From assembly GCF_009914755.1 (NCBI RefSeq), contig NC_060928.1: a DNA stretch of 64,000 nt. One strand, written 5' to 3'. This DNA comes from the human T2T-CHM13v2.0 reference genome, Homo sapiens. This document shows positions 24,939 through 38,695 of this stretch, piece by piece. The translations under genes were made by a program, and so were the position numbers. Each line of letters begins with the position of its first letter. Positions within the stretch are counted from its first letter, which is position 1. A model generated the notes under the pieces. The model was not told the DNA's origin, made no database searches, and saw nothing but the letters and a program-made list of their open reading frames with translations.

Positions 24939-25969
24939 TCATTACCAGTTCCTTCCTCTTTCATCAAGGGCATGAGCATGAAGATGCTGACAAAGCTGTT
25001 CCTACACTTCCTGTGCTGGCTGGGAAGGGATCTGATTCGGGCTGAGCCTTAAGAATCACAGTTCCAAGCTTTCTTCTCATTCCAGATTTTAGTCGGGAAA
25101 GTAGGCATTCTGGAAGTAGAGTCCGTATCTATACTTTATATGTTCCCCTTAGGTTTGATGAGCAAAAAGTAATAAAGGAAACACAAACTCAGGAAAGAAA
25201 AGATTTTTCTAGGAAAGATCTATTTACACTACTTAGGCCTCTACCCTTCTTCCCTTGGGAGTTTCTTAGCTTAGCTTGGAAGATCACAGATTAAAGTACA
25301 ATATAGCAAGTATTATTAAAAACAACCTGTAAAACTGCATTATCCCAAAGATTTAGCAGCTAATTTTCTGTTGCCTTTAGTTCTCACATCATTTTTTTTT
25401 TCAGGGTATAACCTTCTTTAAATTTTATGCCCTGCTCTCAAATTCCTTCTGGGTTTAATGACTAATCTCTTTATTTGTGTTTACCCTGGTGAAGCCTGTA
25501 GAAAGAAAATCATAAATTAATGGCATATATTTGCAGCTATAAACGGGACAGATTCAGAAATATACAAACATGCCTAGTAACCAATTTCCTGAAATTGCAA
25601 TGCTCAACTCCCAATTAACCTTAGAATTTACAAGTCTAATCAAATGGCCCAGTCCATTTCCATTGAAAAGCTGTGCACTGTGTATAATCTTTCACTTGAC
25701 CTAAATCTGTAGTAGACTTTGGGAAATAAACTCCTTTGTGGAGCCAGTTGTTCTATTGGATGAAGTCAATGTCCCTTTTTAGGAACTTGAGCTACCACTT
25801 TATGTACTCTAAGACACAGTTTGCAAAGGACCAGTCTGCCATACCCCATGCAGGAGGAGGACTGTGTTGGCTCCCACCACAGGGTGTGTTCTGTGGTAAT
25901 GGAAGGCTGTGCTGAGTCACTTACACTGTGTCCCTGGGTCTTCCTTAAGGACAGTGTATGGTTTTAGAA

Positions 25970-26535
<566 letters not shown>

Positions 26536-26625
26536 CATTGGTTTCTGGGATATTGCATAGCCTATGGCAAAACCTGAATGGTGTGGAGCTTGCCACACGG
26601 GCTTCATTAGAACGTACCCTATCCC

Positions 26626-26715
26626 GGTTGCAGTGAGCGGAGATCACGCCACTGCACTCCAGCCTGGGCAACAAGAGAGAAACTCCGTCTCAAAAAAAAA
26701 AAAAAAAAAAAAAAA
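26626..26715 (+). mobile_element. 5'-truncated Alu (Sq/Sp-like 3' end)
   Basis: ggttgcagtgagcggagatcacgccactgcactccagcctgggcaacaagagagaaactccgtctc plus A-tail; degenerate TSD. Confidence 0.92.
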
Positions 26716-26726
26716 GTACCCTCCCC

Positions 26727-26912
26727 CAGGGCTTTTCAAACCTTGGGGCTCTGCAGAATCCCTGAGGGTCATGGGAACAAGAGGCAAAGGAGGCTCTGGA
26801 CTTCTACGCCCACATCAGCCAGAACCAGTCAGCGTTTTAAATGTTACTTGCTAGCACTAAGAGTTTATCTGAGTAGGGGGCTCTGCAGCTCACAAGAAGC
26901 TTAAGAACTATA
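26727..26912. mobile_element. Possible hAT-Charlie MITE remnant
   Basis: cagggcttttcaaaccttggggctctgcagaatccc...gggggctctgcagctc...aagcttaagaactata termini are Charlie-like. Confidence 0.4.
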
Positions 26913-27677
26913 GCTCTAAACAATCAAGCCAGTTAACTCATACAGGGGTCATACCAGTTGCAAAGGGAAATGAGATGTAGAAACCCTGACCCCAGTGCTG
27001 TGTGTTGCTGTCATACTCTTTCTTACTATAGTCAGTGTCATAGTTGTGAAGTCAGTGTGCATTTTGGTGATGACATTTCAGGGCAAACCAGAGGCTACTG
27101 CCTAGGTGCCACACGGTGGTGACCAGATCAGGTGCTTTCACAGTAGAAGATGAAAAAGCCCAGCCAATGTCTAGGGAGGGGTAGGAGAGATGAGGCAAAA
27201 ATGCTCAACATGGTAGGAAAGGCATGAGATTAAAAAAAGTGGTGAACAGAGCCAAGGGCAGGTGCTGAAATGAGGGTCCATACTCTGTGAATTAGATTGT
27301 TGAAAGTAGGGCTGGGAGCAGCAGAAGAGAAACAGATTGAAGATGGCAAGATGAGAAAGACAGGATGGAAACTTCCCAAGGAAATTGTAGACCACAGAGG
27401 ACCCCAGGAAAGAGACTCTTGGGTGAAGAGAAATAAAAAGCTAGGCGGTAATTTTTTTGTTAAAGTTTATGAGATTGGTATATCAGAGTAAAACAAAGGA
27501 TTACCACAAAGCATTTTACCAAGTACCTCACCAAGTTTTGAATCACCTTGATTAGGTGGTTTCAAAACTGGCTAAGTGAACTTTATCCAAAGCTGCTGCC
27601 TACTGGGAGACAGACCATCTTGGAGGGCAGGTATGGCTCTGAACTCTTCAGCCTTATTTTGTAAAGCAAATGCTCTG

Positions 27678-27981
27678 GGGCTGGCACAGTGGCTCATGCC
27701 TGTAATCCCAGTGCTTTGGAAAGCCAAGGTGGGAGGATTGCTTGAGCCCACGAATTTAAGGTCAGCCTCGACAACATGGGGAGACCCCCATCTCTACAAA
27801 AAATTTAAAAAATTAGTCAGACCTAGGGGCGTACACGTGTAGTCCCAGCTACTCGGGAGGCTGAAGTGGGAGGATCTCTGAGTCCAGGAGTTTGAGGCTG
27901 CAATGAGCTGTGATTGTGCCATTGCACTCCAGCCTGGGCGATAGAGTGAGACCCTGTTTCTCTCAAAATAAATAAATAAAT
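27678..27981 (+). mobile_element. AluJ
   Basis: ggaggattgcttgagccc, ggagtttgaggctgcaatgagctgtgat and gagaccctgt J-type positions; (TAAA)n tail; TSD gcaaatgctctg. Confidence 0.93.
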
Positions 27982-28259
27982 GCAAATGCTCTGACAAGGC
28001 TCTGACACTATATGTTACTAAAGAATGATGTTCTCTGATTTGTCCTGTGTGTGTCTATTTCCTCATTGTTTATAGTTGTTAATATGGGATTTCTGGATGA
28101 GCCTAGAGGGCCCATGAATCCTCTGAGATTATTATACTAGGAATATCTACTTACTTTTCTGTCTCTCTTGCTAGAATAGGAGCAACTTGAGGAAGTGAAA
28201 CAAGTCAGAACTGACCAAAGAAAAGTAGTGTACATATTGATCCATGGTTGAGCTATAAT

Positions 28260-29150
28260 TGATTCGTGCAATACTTATTGAGTATCTCAAACATGCTTGC
28301 GGTTGAGAACTAGGCACACAGGAAGAGGGATATGAAGAAATTAACAAACAGCAAAATAAGAATTATTGTTGTAATGTGCTTTGATAGAGGAAGCACACAT
28401 GAAAGGCACCTGCTGTAGCCTGAAGAATGAGAGTTTTCTTTCTGAAGAGGAAACATCAGCTGCTTTTGGAAAGACACATGAGAGTTGGGCATCCTGTAGG
28501 AGGCAAGGAGAGGGGGTTCCAGGACAGAGATGAGAAATAGCATGGTGTATGTGCTAAAATGCAAGTTGTTTGGGATGGGGATGGTGAAGGGCACCTGTGA
28601 GGGCCGAGGTAGACAGGTCCAGGTGGAACAGGCTTCTATACCATATTAAGAATTTAGATTTTTATCCCCAATTTAGATGTTAATGGCCCCAAAGCCACTG
28701 GGGCCATTAAAAGATTGAAAGTAGAGAGTGGCATGATGGAATTTCTATTTTGGAACAATTATGCTGGCAACAGTGTGAAAGATGCAATAGGAAGGGGCAA
28801 GATCATGGACCAGGGAACATTGTAGAAGGCCACTACAGTAACTGGGGTGAAAGACTGTGTTGCCGAGTGGGTGCTGTCACTCTGTGTAGCTTCTATTACC
28901 ACAGGGACGGTCAGCGGGGAGCGGGATCGTCTTAGACCATGAGGGAGGATGAGGTGCTGAGAGCTGGAAGAATGAAGAGAAAAGTGGCCTGATGAGGAGG
29001 TGGAGGTGTGAGAAGTGACAAAGAGTCTGTGAGGAGAATGAGGAAGGGCAACCCGAGAAATCAAGAAAAATCAGGAGACAAATCTCCTAGAAGCCAAGAA
29101 GATGGTGGTAAACTAATAAGTGATGAGAGCAGTGAAGGAAAAAAAGAACT
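28260..29150 (-). mobile_element. L2 LINE fragments
   Basis: aatacttattgagtatc...aagaatttagatttttatcc...agccactgg...gagagtggcatgat...gaagccaagaag. Confidence 0.65.
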
Positions 29151-29155
29151 AGGAG

Positions 29156-29443
<288 letters not shown>

Positions 29444-30255
29444 GAACCTGGAGTGTGTTTATATTGCTGGCAAAAAGAGTTTGCTTTCAATTGCCTTGTT
29501 AGCACACCTGTGATCTGACTAAGTTACATCAGTGGGAGGCACAGGATGAAAGGATGCCGGCCTCTGAGACCAACTTCAGTTCTTTGAGTGTTTGAGAAAC
29601 ACTTCAAGTCTTAGCCAATGGCTTTGGTCAACAATGGGTGCCTCATGTTGAGGATGACCCCCTGAGGGCTTTCACTGCAGAGACAAGCCGACTTGTTCAA
29701 ATCCATTCTCAAATGGTAAAACACAGGCAAAGGTACAACATGCAGAACTACTGCACCATGATCAAAACATGTACTCTGTCACATCTAATGACTTCAGGCC
29801 CTCCTTGAACTTTTGAGTTAGCAAAAAAGGGCAAATAAATATGAAACTTGCCTTTCAGTTCTCCTTATGTGTTTTTTAATTGTTTCCTCCTTGGTTCCTC
29901 TGCAACAGCCCTGTGGTCTCTGTCTGCATGTTCAGTGCCATGTGGGGTGACCCACACTTGTCTCAGCATCTTCAGGGGAGTTGAGAACAGCTGGCCCAGC
30001 CTTCTGTACTTGTCAGGCATATGGTGGGGGAGACATAGCCCTGGCACTCCAACCTCTTCCCTGATTTAAAGTGTCAAAGCATTTTGGAATTCAGGTCTCG
30101 GTGTTAAAAACTCTCCATGAACTCTGATAGGCTTCAGTGGTAGTCACTACCTTAGGATGCTGACGAGGAACAACTGCTATCCTGCCCATGGTGACGACCT
30201 TCGAAAAGCCCATGAACAGAACTATTTTGAATCATGAGTAGGAAGATTAGGGAAA

Positions 30256-30571
<316 letters not shown>

Positions 30572-30734
30572 CTAATCTCTGCTATTTGCTTATTCTCTGT
30601 CAGAGACACAAGAATTTGTATGCATCTTTTCACCCTCTCCCCCATCTTCTTGCAGCTATTTAAAGTATTTTACAAAGGAGACATTCCAAAAAGGAGCTGT
30701 GACTAAAAGGTATCCATAAAATTCAGATGTCTTT

Positions 30735-31636
30735 TGGTACAGCCATTACAGAAAACAGTATGGAGGTTTCTAAAGAAATTAAAAATAGAACTACCATATG
30801 ATCCAGCAATTCCTCTTCTGGGTATATACCCAAAGGAGATAAAATCACCACCTCGTAAAGATATCTGTACTCTCATGTTCATTGCAGCATTATTCACAGT
30901 AGCCAAAATGTGGAAACAACCCAAACACCCAACGATGGATGAAAGGATAAAGGAATTACAGTGTATATACATATATATACACACACACACCACAGACGTA
31001 CCACAATATAAATTTATATATACCATAAAAGAAGCATATATATATACACCATAATATAAACTTTAGTATGTGTGTAAATAAGTAATATTGCATTGTGTGT
31101 ATGTATATGTCTTTATGTATACAATGGAATATTATTTATTGTTGAAATATTATTCAGTCTTTAAAAAGAGGTCCTGCCATTTGCCACAATACGGTTAAAG
31201 CTTGAGGGCATTATGCTAAGTAAAATAAGCCAGACACAGAAGGAAAAATATTGCATGTTCTCTTTTATGCGTGGAATAAAAAAAAGAGAAGCTCAAGCTC
31301 AAATACACAGAGATAGAGAATGAAACAGCAATTACCATGGGTGAGGGGTGGGGAGAATGGAGAGATACAGGTCAAAGGATACAAAATAGCAGATACATAG
31401 GATGAACAAGTCTAGAGATCATGTGGTACATGAGAACTATAGTTAATAAAATTGTATTAGGGATTTTTGTTAAATAAGTAGATTTTAGCTGCTCTTGTCA
31501 CACATACGCAAAGTAACTAAGTGAGATGATAGATATGTATTGGTTTCACTATAGTAACAATTTTACTATCTATATGTGTCCCATAATATATCTGAAGCCT
31601 CAAATATACATAATGAAATTTATTAGAAAAGAAAAA
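30735..31636 (+). mobile_element. L1MA-type LINE 3' end (ORF2 C-terminus plus 3' UTR)
   Basis: ORF 30734-31054 reads [24 protein letters not shown]...[20 protein letters not shown] (L1 ORF2 C-terminus); L1MA-like UTR and A-tail. Confidence 0.92.
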
Positions 31637-31904
31637 ACACATTCAGAGTTTTTTTGTTTGTTTTTTTTTTGCTGTAAAGTTCAGGGGGCTCTCCTGGCAT
31701 TGACAAAGACCTAAATAACAAATGTTTTCGCCTCACTTCCTGTCATTGCTGTAAAGGAAACAGTCCCAGCATCAGAGCAACCTTTCTTAGTGTTCTCTGA
31801 AGGGTCATTTGTCAGTTGAGAGTAAGGCACATGCTTGAAGAAGTTTCAAGTAATTCTCGTTTGCACTACTTATCTTTAGTCAATCTGGGGATTAACCGAA
31901 GATT

Positions 31905-32876
31905 AGAGATAGGCCTACCCTGGCTGAGCTCCCAGCTGGTGGATGCCAGCCATGTACATGAACCACCTTAGAGAGGCGTCCTTAGGCCCAGGAGAGTCAC
32001 CCCAGCTGATGGTCAATGACACAGGAGCAGAGATGACAGGTCCCTGCTGAGCCTTGCTTAAATTGCAGATTTCTGAATAAAATAAATGGTTGTTATTTTT
32101 AGATAAAAATTTTAATTGACAAATAATATTTAGGGAGCACAACTGTAATGTTTTGGTATGTGTATACATTATAGATTAAATCAAGCTAATTAACATATCT
32201 ATCATCTCACATACTTTTTTTTTGGTGGTATGGGCATTTAAAATCTATTCTCTTAGCAATTTTCAAGAATACAATACATTATTATTAGCTATAGTGGTCA
32301 TGCTGCACAATAGACCTCCAGAACTTATTCCTTCTGTATAACTGATACTTTGTACCCTTTGACTGGCAGCTCCATTTCCCCTCTCTCCACCCCCTGCCTC
32401 TGGTAACCACCATTCTGCTCTTCTATTTCTATGAGTTTGATTTTTTTAGATTCCACACATACATGACATCATGCAGCATTTGTCTTTCTGTGCCTGGCTT
32501 ATTTCATCTAGCATTGTGTCCTCTGGTTTCATCCATGTTGCTGCAAATGACAGGATTTCCTTCTTTTTAAAGGCTGAATAGTATTTCGTTGTGTCTATGT
32601 ACCACATTTTCTTTATCTGTTCATCTATTGATGGACATTTAGGTTGATTCCATAACTTGGTTATTGTGAATAGTGCCGTGATGAACATGGGAGTGCAGGT
32701 ATCTCTTTGACATACTGATTTCAATCCCTTTGGATATATACCCAGAAGTTGGATTGCTGGATCATATGGCAGTTCTACTTTTAGTTTTTTGAGGAATCTC
32801 TATACTGTGTATAATTGTTATATTTTTAAGCCATAGAGTTTTGGGGGTGTGTTATGCAGCAATAGACAGTCGGGAC
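31905..32876 (+). mobile_element. MaLR LTR (MLT1H/I-like) split by L1
   Basis: ccctgctgagccttgcttaaattgcagatttctgaataaaataaatggttgttattttta|L1|agccatagagttttggggg...gttatgcagcaataga. Confidence 0.8.
32098..32812 (-). mobile_element. L1MA-type LINE 3' end
   Basis: ORF 32446-32724 reads CTPMFITALFTITKLWNQPKCPS...EILSFAATWMKPEDTMLDEISQAQKDK; approximate TSD ttgtta(ta)tttta. Confidence 0.92.
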
Positions 32877-32984
32877 GCTTGATTTCCAGGATAGCATGCT
32901 TCTGGTTTTCTTCCTGTTTCACTGGCACTCTTTGTTGGCCTCCTTTGATTGTTCTTCTTCATCCCTCTGTCTTTGTTTTTCTCC

Positions 32985-33160
32985 TGTCATTATGCAAAAT
33001 TTTAGCCATACACATATTAGACAGCAAAGTATAATGAAACTCCTTGTGCCCATTACCCAGCTTCAGTATTTATCTACTCAGAGCCAACCTTATTTCATCT
33101 ACGCTCCTACCTACTTCCCTCCACCCACTCCATATTACTTTTAAACAAATTCCTCAGACA
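32985..33160 (-). mobile_element. Old L1M 3' terminal fragment
   Basis: gtataatgaaactccttgtgcccattacccagcttcag...gccaaccttatttcatcta. Confidence 0.55.
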
Positions 33161-33257
33161 CTCTCTTCTCTGTTATATTCCCTTGGTGATCTCACCTGGA
33201 CTCATAACTAAATATCGTTCACATGCAAAGACTCCTAAGTTTATTAATATTACCTGT

Positions 33258-33498
33258 GCTGTAGCATTGTGGCTCAAAGCATGAATTCTGGTACTTATAT
33301 TCCTGCATTCAAATCATGGCTCTTCCACAAACTACTCTTGTGACCTCAGGTAAGTTCCTTAACCTCTATGTGGTTCAGTTTCCCACCCTGTGAAATAAGA
33401 GATGATAATATTTCCTGCTATGTCTTGGGGTTGTTGTGAGGATTAAATAAGTTACATATGTAGAATGCTTAGCACAGTGCCTGCCATATGCAATTATT
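33258..33498 (+). mobile_element. MIR
   Basis: ttcaaatcatggctcttccac...tgtgacctcaggtaagttccttaacctctatgtggttcagtttcc...ggttgttgtgaggattaaataag...gcttagcacagtgcctg. Confidence 0.85.
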
Positions 33499-33931
33499 GC
33501 ATTTTTTTAATTGTATCTTCAGGCCAGACCTGCCTGAACTGCAGGCGTATATATCCAATTGCTTACTTGGCATTCTCACTTAGATGCCAAATAGACATCT
33601 CAAGCTTATTATTCTAAAACCAAACTCCTGATCTCCCCCGCAAACTCCACGTAGCTCTTCTCTGTCTCCCATTTCAGCTAATGGCAGTGCATTCCATCTT
33701 TCCTTTCCTTAGCCCCAAATTCCCTGATGTTATCCTTGACTTCTCTCTTTCTTTCATATCCTACATCAAATCCTGTTGGATCTGCTTTCCAAATATATTA
33801 TAACAGAGCCATTCACCATTATTACCCTTGTAGAAACCTCCATCACCTCTTGCCTCTAATACAGCTTCCTAACTGGGCCACCTACTTCTGCCCTTCACTC
33901 TTCCTCTCCACCCCCTCCTCCAATAATTGAT

Positions 33932-34014
33932 TCTCAAACTCCTGGCCTCAAGTGATCCTCCCCCTTGGCCTCCCAAAGTGCTGGAATTACAGGAATGAGC
34001 CACCACACCTGGCC
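33932..34014 (-). mobile_element. Alu 5' fragment (about the first 83 nt), no poly(A)
   Basis: tctcaaactcctggcctcaagtgatcctcccccttggcctcccaaagtgctggaattacaggaatgagccaccacacctggcc. Confidence 0.9.
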
Positions 34015-34629
34015 AATAATCTACTCTCAGTACAACAGAGTGGTCTTTTTAAACACTTAAGTCAGATTATGTCACTGCTCTGTTCAAAAAGTTCCAATGC
34101 TGTCTCATGATACAAAGTGAACACCAAAGTCCTTGCAATCCTCTCTGATCCCATTACTGTCTACAGTGGCTCATTTTGTTCCAGCCTCACTGGCGTCCTT
34201 TCTGTTTCTGTAACATTATGGTAGGGCTCCCACCACATATCTTCAATTCAGCCATACCTCTTAAAATTCTCTGTGCTCAGATCTTCATGGCCAACTCCCT
34301 TCTTTGTCTTGGCTTCAGTGTTATCTTCTCATCTAGTGAACATTCTGATCAATAAGTCTGAGTCCTGGCCAGCCATCCCCCTCCTCCCATCAACACTCTC
34401 AATCCCTCTTACTCTGCTCTACGTTTTCCTTTTTCCATGATGTTTATCACTTTCTAACATATTTCATGATGTACTCATTTACTTTGTACATCATTTATTC
34501 TTTGTCTCCCTCTACTAAAACGTAAGCTTCATGAGGGCATCTTTATCTGTTTTGTTTATTGCTGAATCTCAAACACCTAGGACAGTGCCTGGCACAAAGT
34601 AGACAATAGATAGACAGATGGATAAACCT

Positions 34630-34880
34630 GTTTTAGAAAGATCACTCAAAAAACAATATACAGGATAGTTTGAAGGGGAGAGAGAATGGAAGCTTTTAAG
34701 ATCTGTGCAATAATCCTTGCAAGCAATAATTATGAGAGCTTGAGCTAGAAAAGAAGCAAGAAGAGAGATGAGTGGGTATTTTGTTGGTAGAACCAATAGA
34801 AATGGATGACATTCTGATTATGCGGTGGGAGGAAGAGAGAGAGAGAAGTCAGTGTGACTTTCAGGTTTCTGGCTTGGGGG
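34630..34880 (-). mobile_element. L2 fragment
   Basis: ttttagaaagatcactc...ggtagaaccaatagaa...tgactttcaggtttctggcttgg. Confidence 0.6.
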
Positions 34881-35204
34881 TGTCATATGAAACAAGTTTT
34901 AGGAAAAGTCACATGTGAAAGTATCATGTTGGAAGACTGTGGAAGAAAATATAGACCTGGAATTAGAAATGGATCTTTACAATTAAGCACTTAATCGCAT
35001 ACTTTAAAAAATCCTATTTCAATTAATGTATGTGAATAGTCTTTTCTATTTAGATTGCCACCTCATTTTTTTGTTTCTTCTACTCACAATGCTGAGCTAA
35101 TAGCAGGACTTTGACAAAGAGTTGTGATTGACTGATAGGCTAAAACATATATTTTTTAAAACTTAGTTAACTACTTCCTCCCCAATATTTGCTAGAATTA
35201 CAGA

Positions 35205-35680
35205 TTTGACACACTGCTAGATGATTTACAAATTCATTTTCCCCTTCTTCCAGAGTAATAGAATTTTATCTGGACACATGATTACTCAGCTAAAAACTAT
35301 ATTTTCCAGGTACGCTTTTAATTGGATGAGGCCATGTCACTGAGGTCAGGCCAAGCAATGATAGTGGAAACAATATGTGCCATTTCCACACCTTAGCCTA
35401 AAAAACAGGACTGTGCTCCCATTTGATCTGGTCTGAAGTGAAACAGACCCTTTTGAGACCCAGCTTTGACATGAAGATTAAGTAAAATGCCTTGGGGCAT
35501 AGTAGAGAAATGAGTTGGAAGGAACCTGGATCCTTGAATGACCTGGTGGAGCAGAGCTGCCCTGCCAAGATAGGCTTGCCCGACTATTATTTAGGAGTGG
35601 AAGAAATATGTATCTTATTTAAACCTCTGTATTTTGGGAGTTCTTTGTTTTAAAAACTTAACCTTCATTCCGACTCACAA
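35205..35680 (+). mobile_element. ERVL solo LTR (LTR16-like)
   Basis: agtaatagaattttatctggacacatg...cagctaaaaactatattttccag...ggccatgtcactgagg...ggaaggaacctggatccttgaatgac...tggagcagagctgcc. Confidence 0.7.
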
Positions 35681-35999
35681 TAGATAAATGCCATCGATGT
35701 CTTTTTTTCTTGGTGTCCTCTGTTATTCAAACAAAAGATGAATACATTGAACTGAGTTTTTAAAACATTAATAAAATACTCCTAATTCTGCTCTTTGTGT
35801 TGCCCAATAGTTCTTTTCTAAATGTGATGAGGAATTACGGAATCATAAAATGGAAGCAGAGTTAAACTCAGACATGTGGGCACTCAAGGTAGGTAAATAT
35901 TCTGGTATTCATGACAGGTTAGTCATTTGACACATCAACAAACTGATAATCTTAACTTTCTCCCCATAGTATTCAGTATTTTTCTTACAGTTTTAACTC

Positions 36000-36720
36000 A
36001 TTCCTCTCTTTAATTTTTAAAAACATTCTTATTTTATAGATTGTTGCACATTATTTTACTATCTCAACTCTTTGGGCCTGCTAATTCTCCCCATTTTTAA
36101 GTCTGCTGACTCATTCTCTCTCAAGGTAGATTATTTCTGCATGTGCTTTGTGAGCTCATCTTCAGCAGGGTTGTTTTCTATAAAGTCTGTGTGCCCTAGA
36201 GAATGGTTTGGATTTGCTTCTGCTATGTGCCAGTCTGGAACCAGTTTTTGTATTAATTTCTAGCATCTTTTGACATAAATTTGGACTCCCAACCTGGACA
36301 AAGCACAGGCCTGGATTTTTGATTTTTCACCCAAAATCTCTAGGAAGAGACACACTCCTTTGCTTATGTGTCACTTCCCTGGTCTGATGCACAGATGTTT
36401 TAATCCCTTTCATTATGGGTGTGTAACTTTGACATATCAGCTTTATTTAGGAGTTTCAGTTCTGGCTCTCTATTTCACATGAGCCCAAGGCCATGTCTCT
36501 TGACACTCATCATACTAAAAACCTACCACTTAACAGATGAGGCTCTGTAGTTATTCCAGTCTCCTCCCTGGGCCACCGTTACCACTTCAGTTTTATGTTT
36601 CCTTTGCATTTCTGATACCTGGGATAGCCTGTCTTTCAATTTCAACCATTTTGAAAACATTGCTGGTTATATTATGTGGCTCATTTTTAGTCTATAACAT
36701 GAAGGGCATTGTGCGTTTTG
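36000..36720 (-). mobile_element. Possible old L1M/HAL1-like fragment
   Basis: tctgctgactc...tgtgagctcatcttcag...ggtttggatttgcttctgc resembles antisense old L1/HAL1 5' regions. Confidence 0.35.
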
Positions 36721-36923
36721 CTTAGTTAGCTACTTTGGGGGCATGAGATAAGTTTAAGTATTTTTCAATATTCATTTAGCAGATCTCAATAAAGCTGGAA
36801 AAAAATGGGAAAACCTCAAAAAAAAAAAGGCTGAGGTCTTTTTTTTGCCGTTTTGTGCACTGTTTTATCCCCAGTACCTCAAACAGAACATATATTAATA
36901 ATAATCACTCAAAACATATGTAT

Positions 36924-36971
36924 TGACTGACTGACTGACTGACTGACTGACTGAATGAATGAATGAATGAA
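36924..36971. repeat. (TGAC)n(TGAA)n STR at an L2 3' tail
   Basis: tgactgactgactgactgactgactgactgaatgaatgaatgaatgaa; preceded by the L2 end cactgttttatccccagtacctc. Confidence 0.85.
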
Positions 36972-37714
36972 CAAACGCTGGGTGACAGTGTTCAGCCTGT
37001 CCTGTGTAGTCCAGCTCTGGATCCAAATATACAGACCACACTCTACCAAAGAAGAGCCCTGTTGCCATCCCGACCTTACCTCCTTAGAACACAGTTGAGG
37101 ACTCATCAGCCGTAACGTTATCACACCCTTTGGCGGTCTCTTTCTCTTAACCCAAGCAGATTATTAAAGCATCCCTTTCCACCACATACACTCCCTGAGA
37201 GGAGGCCTGATAAATGTAATTTTCTGCACTCTCAAGTTATATTTCCAGTGGAACTTGAGCTTCCAATCATGCTATAGTACTCACAAAAGGCTGGAGTCCT
37301 GGGCCACTGCCCAGCTGGTCTGTTGCTTGTTCACCTCTGAATGGTGGAAGCCATTGTCTTTCCATGCCTTTGTCCATGCACAGTTCCAGGAAAAGAGGAT
37401 TAATTTGTAGTCAGCAGGTTTAGTGCTTTCTGTATAACTATAAGAGCTGAATCAAAAATCTCCCCACCAGGCAATTAGGAGCTTTCTGCGATGAGAAAGG
37501 GATCAGACTGATCCTTAAGACTTTATGCAACCCCAGAGTATTGCAGCCACCTGCATGCCGAAGGTGTCAAGAGTGTTCTCACTGCTGCCTATAGGAGGGT
37601 CTTCAGCCTCCAGTGATCCAAAGTACCAGGTAAAATATTTAAGCCAACAGAAAGAACGTGTTTTATTGTGTTTTACATGTCATAAAGCATTCTCTATCAT
37701 GAGATATCACTCTG

Positions 37715-37922
37715 TATCGGTAAGACAGGCTTGAATTTCTGTCTTGGTTCTGCCACTGACTAGCTTTATTCCTTAGGCTAACCTGTTGGAATCTCAGTTT
37801 TCTCACTGTAAAGTGAGGATAATTATTTTATGAGGATAGTTATGAAAATTAAATAACATAATGGTTGCAAAACACTTAGCACAGCACTAAGACACAAAAT
37901 AGACAATAAGTGTTAGTTACCT
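37715..37922 (+). mobile_element. MIR
   Basis: cttggttctgccactgactagct...ctcagttttctcactgtaaagtgaggataat...cacttagcacag...caataagtgttag. Confidence 0.8.
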
Positions 37923-38474
37923 TTATTCCTGTCCCCTTTCCTATCCAGACAAAGGCTCAGTATAAGGACAAATATTGTTTAGAACTTCTTTTTAAACCTA
38001 CGAGCCTTACCTTTCAAGAACCGCAGATTTGTTCCTGAAAGTTACCTGTGTAGTGAGGGTTTTATAAATCAAATTTTACTTTCAATGTACAGAGGAGCTC
38101 TTTGACAGAGTCCCTTTTCCTGAGAAGTCATTGTGGGTTTGGCATCCTGTTCAGCCTGGCTGGGGCCAGGGGAGCTGAACTGTAATGACAAGCAGATGTA
38201 CTATTGTTCTATGAAAATAGTGTCTGGCTCCAGATGGGGTTTAGGAAAAAGTAGTGATGATTTCTGTTGAGGAGGATGGGAATTCTGACCCACTGAGCTA
38301 GCTGGTGAAGAAGGAGAGTAAGACATGTGGGTAAATGCAGGTTAAGAAAAAGGACCTCTAGATCAACTGAAAGCCTACTAGAAGAACATTAAAAGCAGAT
38401 AAGAAAACAAGGAAGCAAACAAAACTCGACAAGAGAAAGAAGAGACCATTAGGAAACATCCAGGATAATTGCTG

Positions 38475-38695
38475 TCATCATTAAAGCTCCCATTTGTTAA
38501 TCTGTTACATATGAGGCCCAACACTGGATGATTTACCAACATTTAACCTATCCTCCCACTTTTCAATGAATTGGATATTGTCAACCCCATTATTAATGGA
38601 AAAATGGGAGCTCTAGAATATTGAAGTCACTTGGCTATTAAGTGATGGAGCCAGGACTGGGATTCAGAATCCAACACTCATATTCTTTCCATGAG
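38475..38695 (-). mobile_element. MIR, degraded
   Basis: catttgtt...atttaacc...ggatattgtcaaccccatt...taagtgatggagccaggact. Confidence 0.55.

Larger units (their letters stand above)
33161..34625 (+). mobile_element. L2a LINE interrupted by MIR and an Alu fragment
   Basis: atatccaattgcttacttggcattctcacttagatgccaaatagacatctcaagc...tctccctctactaaaacgtaagcttcatgagggca...cacctaggacagtgcctggcacaaagtag. Confidence 0.85.
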
